DNA from: Nemertoderma westbladi
Taxonomy: Eukaryota > Animalia > Xenacoelomorpha
Length of the DNA: 46,823 nt
NCBI GenBank assembly: GCA_032718475.1
Contig: JAUCBJ010007178.1
Coordinates: 1 to 46,823 of the forward strand
Direction: 5' to 3'
Shown in pieces: positions 44,217-46,823 of this stretch. Under the pieces are notes generated by a model, which saw only the letters and a program-made list of their open reading frames with translations, did no database searches and was not told the DNA's origin. Position 1 is the first letter of the stretch, and every line of letters starts with the position of its first letter. The position numbers were made by a program, and so were the translations under genes.

Positions 44217-45092
44217 TATAGAAACCAAAATGACACCCTGTTCAGCTATAAATCATTTCATGACAGATATTATTTGCCCCAAAAAATGATTGGTACCCAA
44301 TAAAGGCGGAGTAACAATTAAGGTTTTGTGAGCAAACAGGTGAACCAGATGTTGTGATAGCTATGGCATCCGTTTCATCGTTTCATAGTAACTATGTTAT
44401 ATATTGTTTATCTATTGTACACTGGTTAAAACCGCCATAGGCATTCCCCTAATACATTAGTGCTAGTATCATCCGAAAGCAATGCTGGTGTAGTAACATA
44501 GAAACAATGGTTAGTCATATATTGCTATCCTATATATACCTAGCGCAGCATTCCGATCAGAGGACCTATATAACATTATAACAACTCACTTACTAGGCTG
44601 CATTTTCTGCAGCAAGACCATGGCTATTACGAACAAAGACTGACTTATAGCTTTCAACCTGTGTGGAACCATAGTTCCGCACATGCTCGGATTCTGGACA
44701 TTAGCTAGTTATCTATCTGTGATATATTTACTATTATACTGTTTATCCAGAATATATGTGGAATTTAAAGACGAAACAAGCTAAGGTTTCCCCAAGATCT
44801 ATAACTATTAGCACCCCTTTGTCAATTTAAACCTATGGGTTGACAACAAACACGCTTGGTATCTAAGTGCTAGTTACAACACGTCTACCAACCTAGATCC
44901 CCTGATGCAGAGTGGCCTTCTGACACATATTGAATGGATATTAAAAATATCTTGGAAGCGAGTAATTGCTGAGTAATTTAAGTGATTTCACATAATGAAA
45001 ATTTATATATATATATATATATTATAATATACAAATTTACTAAAAAGTATCAGTTTAAAGGACCACCCCACCCCTATTTGAGAATGATTTCC

Positions 45093-45857
45093 CTATAATT
45101 CAAACAATTCTGTAGTGTGAGATAGTTCAGTAGAATCACATTTAGTGTAAGATAGTTCAGTAGAATCACATTTAGTGTGAGACAGTTCAGTAGAATCACA
45201 TTTACTGTAAGATAGTTCAGTAGAATCACATTTAGTGTAAGATAGTTCAGTAGAATCACATTTAGTGTGAGACAGTTCTGTAGAATCACATTTAGTGTGA
45301 GATAGTTCAGTAGAATCACATTTAGTGTGAGACAGTTCTGTAGAATCACATTTAGTGTAAGATAGTTCAGTAGAATCACATTTAGTGTGAGACAGTTCTG
45401 TAGAATCACATTTAGTGTGAAATAGTTCAGTAGAATTACATTTAGTGTAAGATAGTTCAGTAGAATCACATTTAGTGTGAGATAGTTCAGTAGAATCACA
45501 TTTAGTGTGAGACAGTTCAGTAGAATCACATTTAGTGTGAGACAGTTCAGTAGAATCACATTTTATAGGCTGAAATCGTCCTTTACAACCAATCATCTTC
45601 TTGAATGCTTCTCTAAATACTGACCCCGCTACGACATACAGGAAGAAGTTGATGGAGGCGTTTATACTAAAGGCTAATTCTCCAATGACCCGGTAGAGGT
45701 AGTTGAGTGCAAACATTTCTGGTGTGTGCGAAGTTCTCGTTCCCAAAGTTACGAATATAACAGTTGTTGCGTTCAGAAAGAGAAACGATATGCACACAAC
45801 ACACAACATAATTGTTATACTTGAGGCACAACTGTTCCTGGTTGTGTTATAATGACT
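45093..45857 (-). CDS. Last coding exon of a class A (rhodopsin-like, peptide-receptor-type) GPCR: TM6, TM7, helix 8 and tail
   Basis: TM6 ITIMLCVVCISFLFLN, TM7 LAFSINASINFFLY (NPxxY variant) and helix 8 FREAFKKMIGC. The splice acceptor ttttgtttatttgcag ends at 45858. Confidence 0.85.
   Translation of the reverse strand, partial: SHYNTTRNSCASSITIMLCVVCISFLFLNATTVIFVTLGTRTSHTPEMFALNYLYRVIGELAFSINASINFFLYVVAGSVFREAFKKMIGCKGRFQPIKCDSTELSHTKCDSTELSHTKCDSTELSHTKCDSTELSYTKCNSTELFHTKCDSTELSHTKCDSTELSYTKCDSTELSHTKCDSTELSHTKCDSTELSHTKCDSTELSYTKCDSTELSYSKCDSTELSHTKCDSTELSYTKCDSTELSHTTELFEL
45113..45562. repeat. 30-bp minisatellite x15, translated as KCDSTELS(H/Y)T
   Basis: The unit gttcagtagaatcacatttagtgtgagaca is in frame with the GPCR exon. 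Confidence 0.95.
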
Positions 45858-45943
45858 CTGCAAATAAACAAAACATATGGCATGTTATTATGTATTGACC
45901 TGTACTGACTATATTTCCTTATTTAACAATACTTACGGATCTA

Positions 45944-46094
45944 GGACACTTCCCCCCAGGACAATTCCCCCCCCCCCCCCCCGGACACTTCCCCCCCGGA
46001 CAGTCCCCCCCCCCCGGACACTTCCCCCCCGGACACTTCCCCCCCGGACACTTCCCCCCAGACACTTCCCCCCCGGACACTTCCCCCCCCCCCC
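45944..46094. repeat. C-rich minisatellite (ggacacttcccccc[c]n), possibly the subterminal array of a DNA transposon in the GPCR intron
   Basis: About nine units of 15-20 bp. The minus strand has G-quadruplex potential. Confidence 0.85.
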
Positions 46095-46823
46095 AGTTAA
46101 AGTGTTAAAATTAATCTGGGTGCATCAAAGCAATAAACAAAAGTTAAAGATGGTTACAGGACAAGTTGTATCGAGACAAGTTTTTCAAAATTATAAAAGA
46201 AACATTTTTATAGTCAAATTTTGTTTGTTTTTCATTTAATTGGGGCTGCCGCCCCCAAACCCCCGCTTCTCTTGTTGGGGGCTTCCGCCCCCAAACCCCG
46301 GCATTTCCCTGTGTGGCCGTGGTGAAAGACTTTGAGACCGTTTTGAAATAATCAATTCATGTTTGTATCAGATAATAAATTGACTAAGCCTAAAGTAGGA
46401 GCTGTATTGAATGTTAACCAATTTAATATAATATTATATAAATTACTACAATATTATATAACTCAACAAAATCCTATTAAAAATATTGCAAGTAACTGAA
46501 CACAGAATACAGGTCGACGCATGTCGATTTTACCCTGGATAGGTATAATTTTGATTGCAACAATAATATTCATCCCCATCTGCTACAATTTAAAGAAGAC
46601 TATTACATAATAATACCTATAATTAAAACAATTAATTATTATAATTCTATAGTTAATAAAAACAGTATATCATTCCGGGGATGGAATTTATAGGTCATCT
46701 AATTAATTGTTTAAAGATTAGCAAACAATACGATGTAATTGCATTGATAAAACCCATAAATAAAACTTGGATATAAAATGTAAAATCGGGATGCAAAAGA
46801 TCACTTTCTGAGCTACGAAAGGA

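Noticed and set aside
45074-45559. Alternative-frame ORF (VILLNYLTLN)n
   Set aside because: Another frame of the same 30-bp repeat, not linked to the GPCR motifs.

Overview
AT-rich eukaryotic (probably invertebrate; inference) DNA that is almost entirely a nest of transposable elements lying 3' of one host exon. From left to right: (1) the end of an LTR (1-116). (2) A decayed BEL/Pao gag-protease remnant (~5.2-9.5 kb, minus), interrupted by a 5'-truncated Penelope fragment with a minimal hammerhead ribozyme. (3) A complete, very young 4.4-kb CsRn1-type Ty3/Gypsy element (9746-14171, minus), with 220-bp LTRs, ACAG TSD, tRNA-Trp-like PBS and a GGGAAAC plus hairpin -1 frameshift signal. (4) A 33/34-bp satellite split by a 17.3-kb BEL/Pao element (16311-33632, minus; 1162-bp LTRs, AGAAT TSD). 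This element carries a 519-bp HINE/DINE-like insertion in gag, an 837-bp RTE-type LINE fragment in its 5' LTR, and a decayed extra ORF where env would be. (5) More minisatellites, a fold-back repeat, an L2/CR1-group LINE and tRNA-like repeats. (6) The last coding exon of a class A GPCR whose tail is a translated 30-bp minisatellite. The most notable observation is that the large BEL element has no tRNA PBS. Instead, the 11 nt directly after its 5' LTR are exactly complementary to an 11-mer inside the LTR, which suggests Tf1-like self-priming. All comparisons were made by eye; no searches were run.
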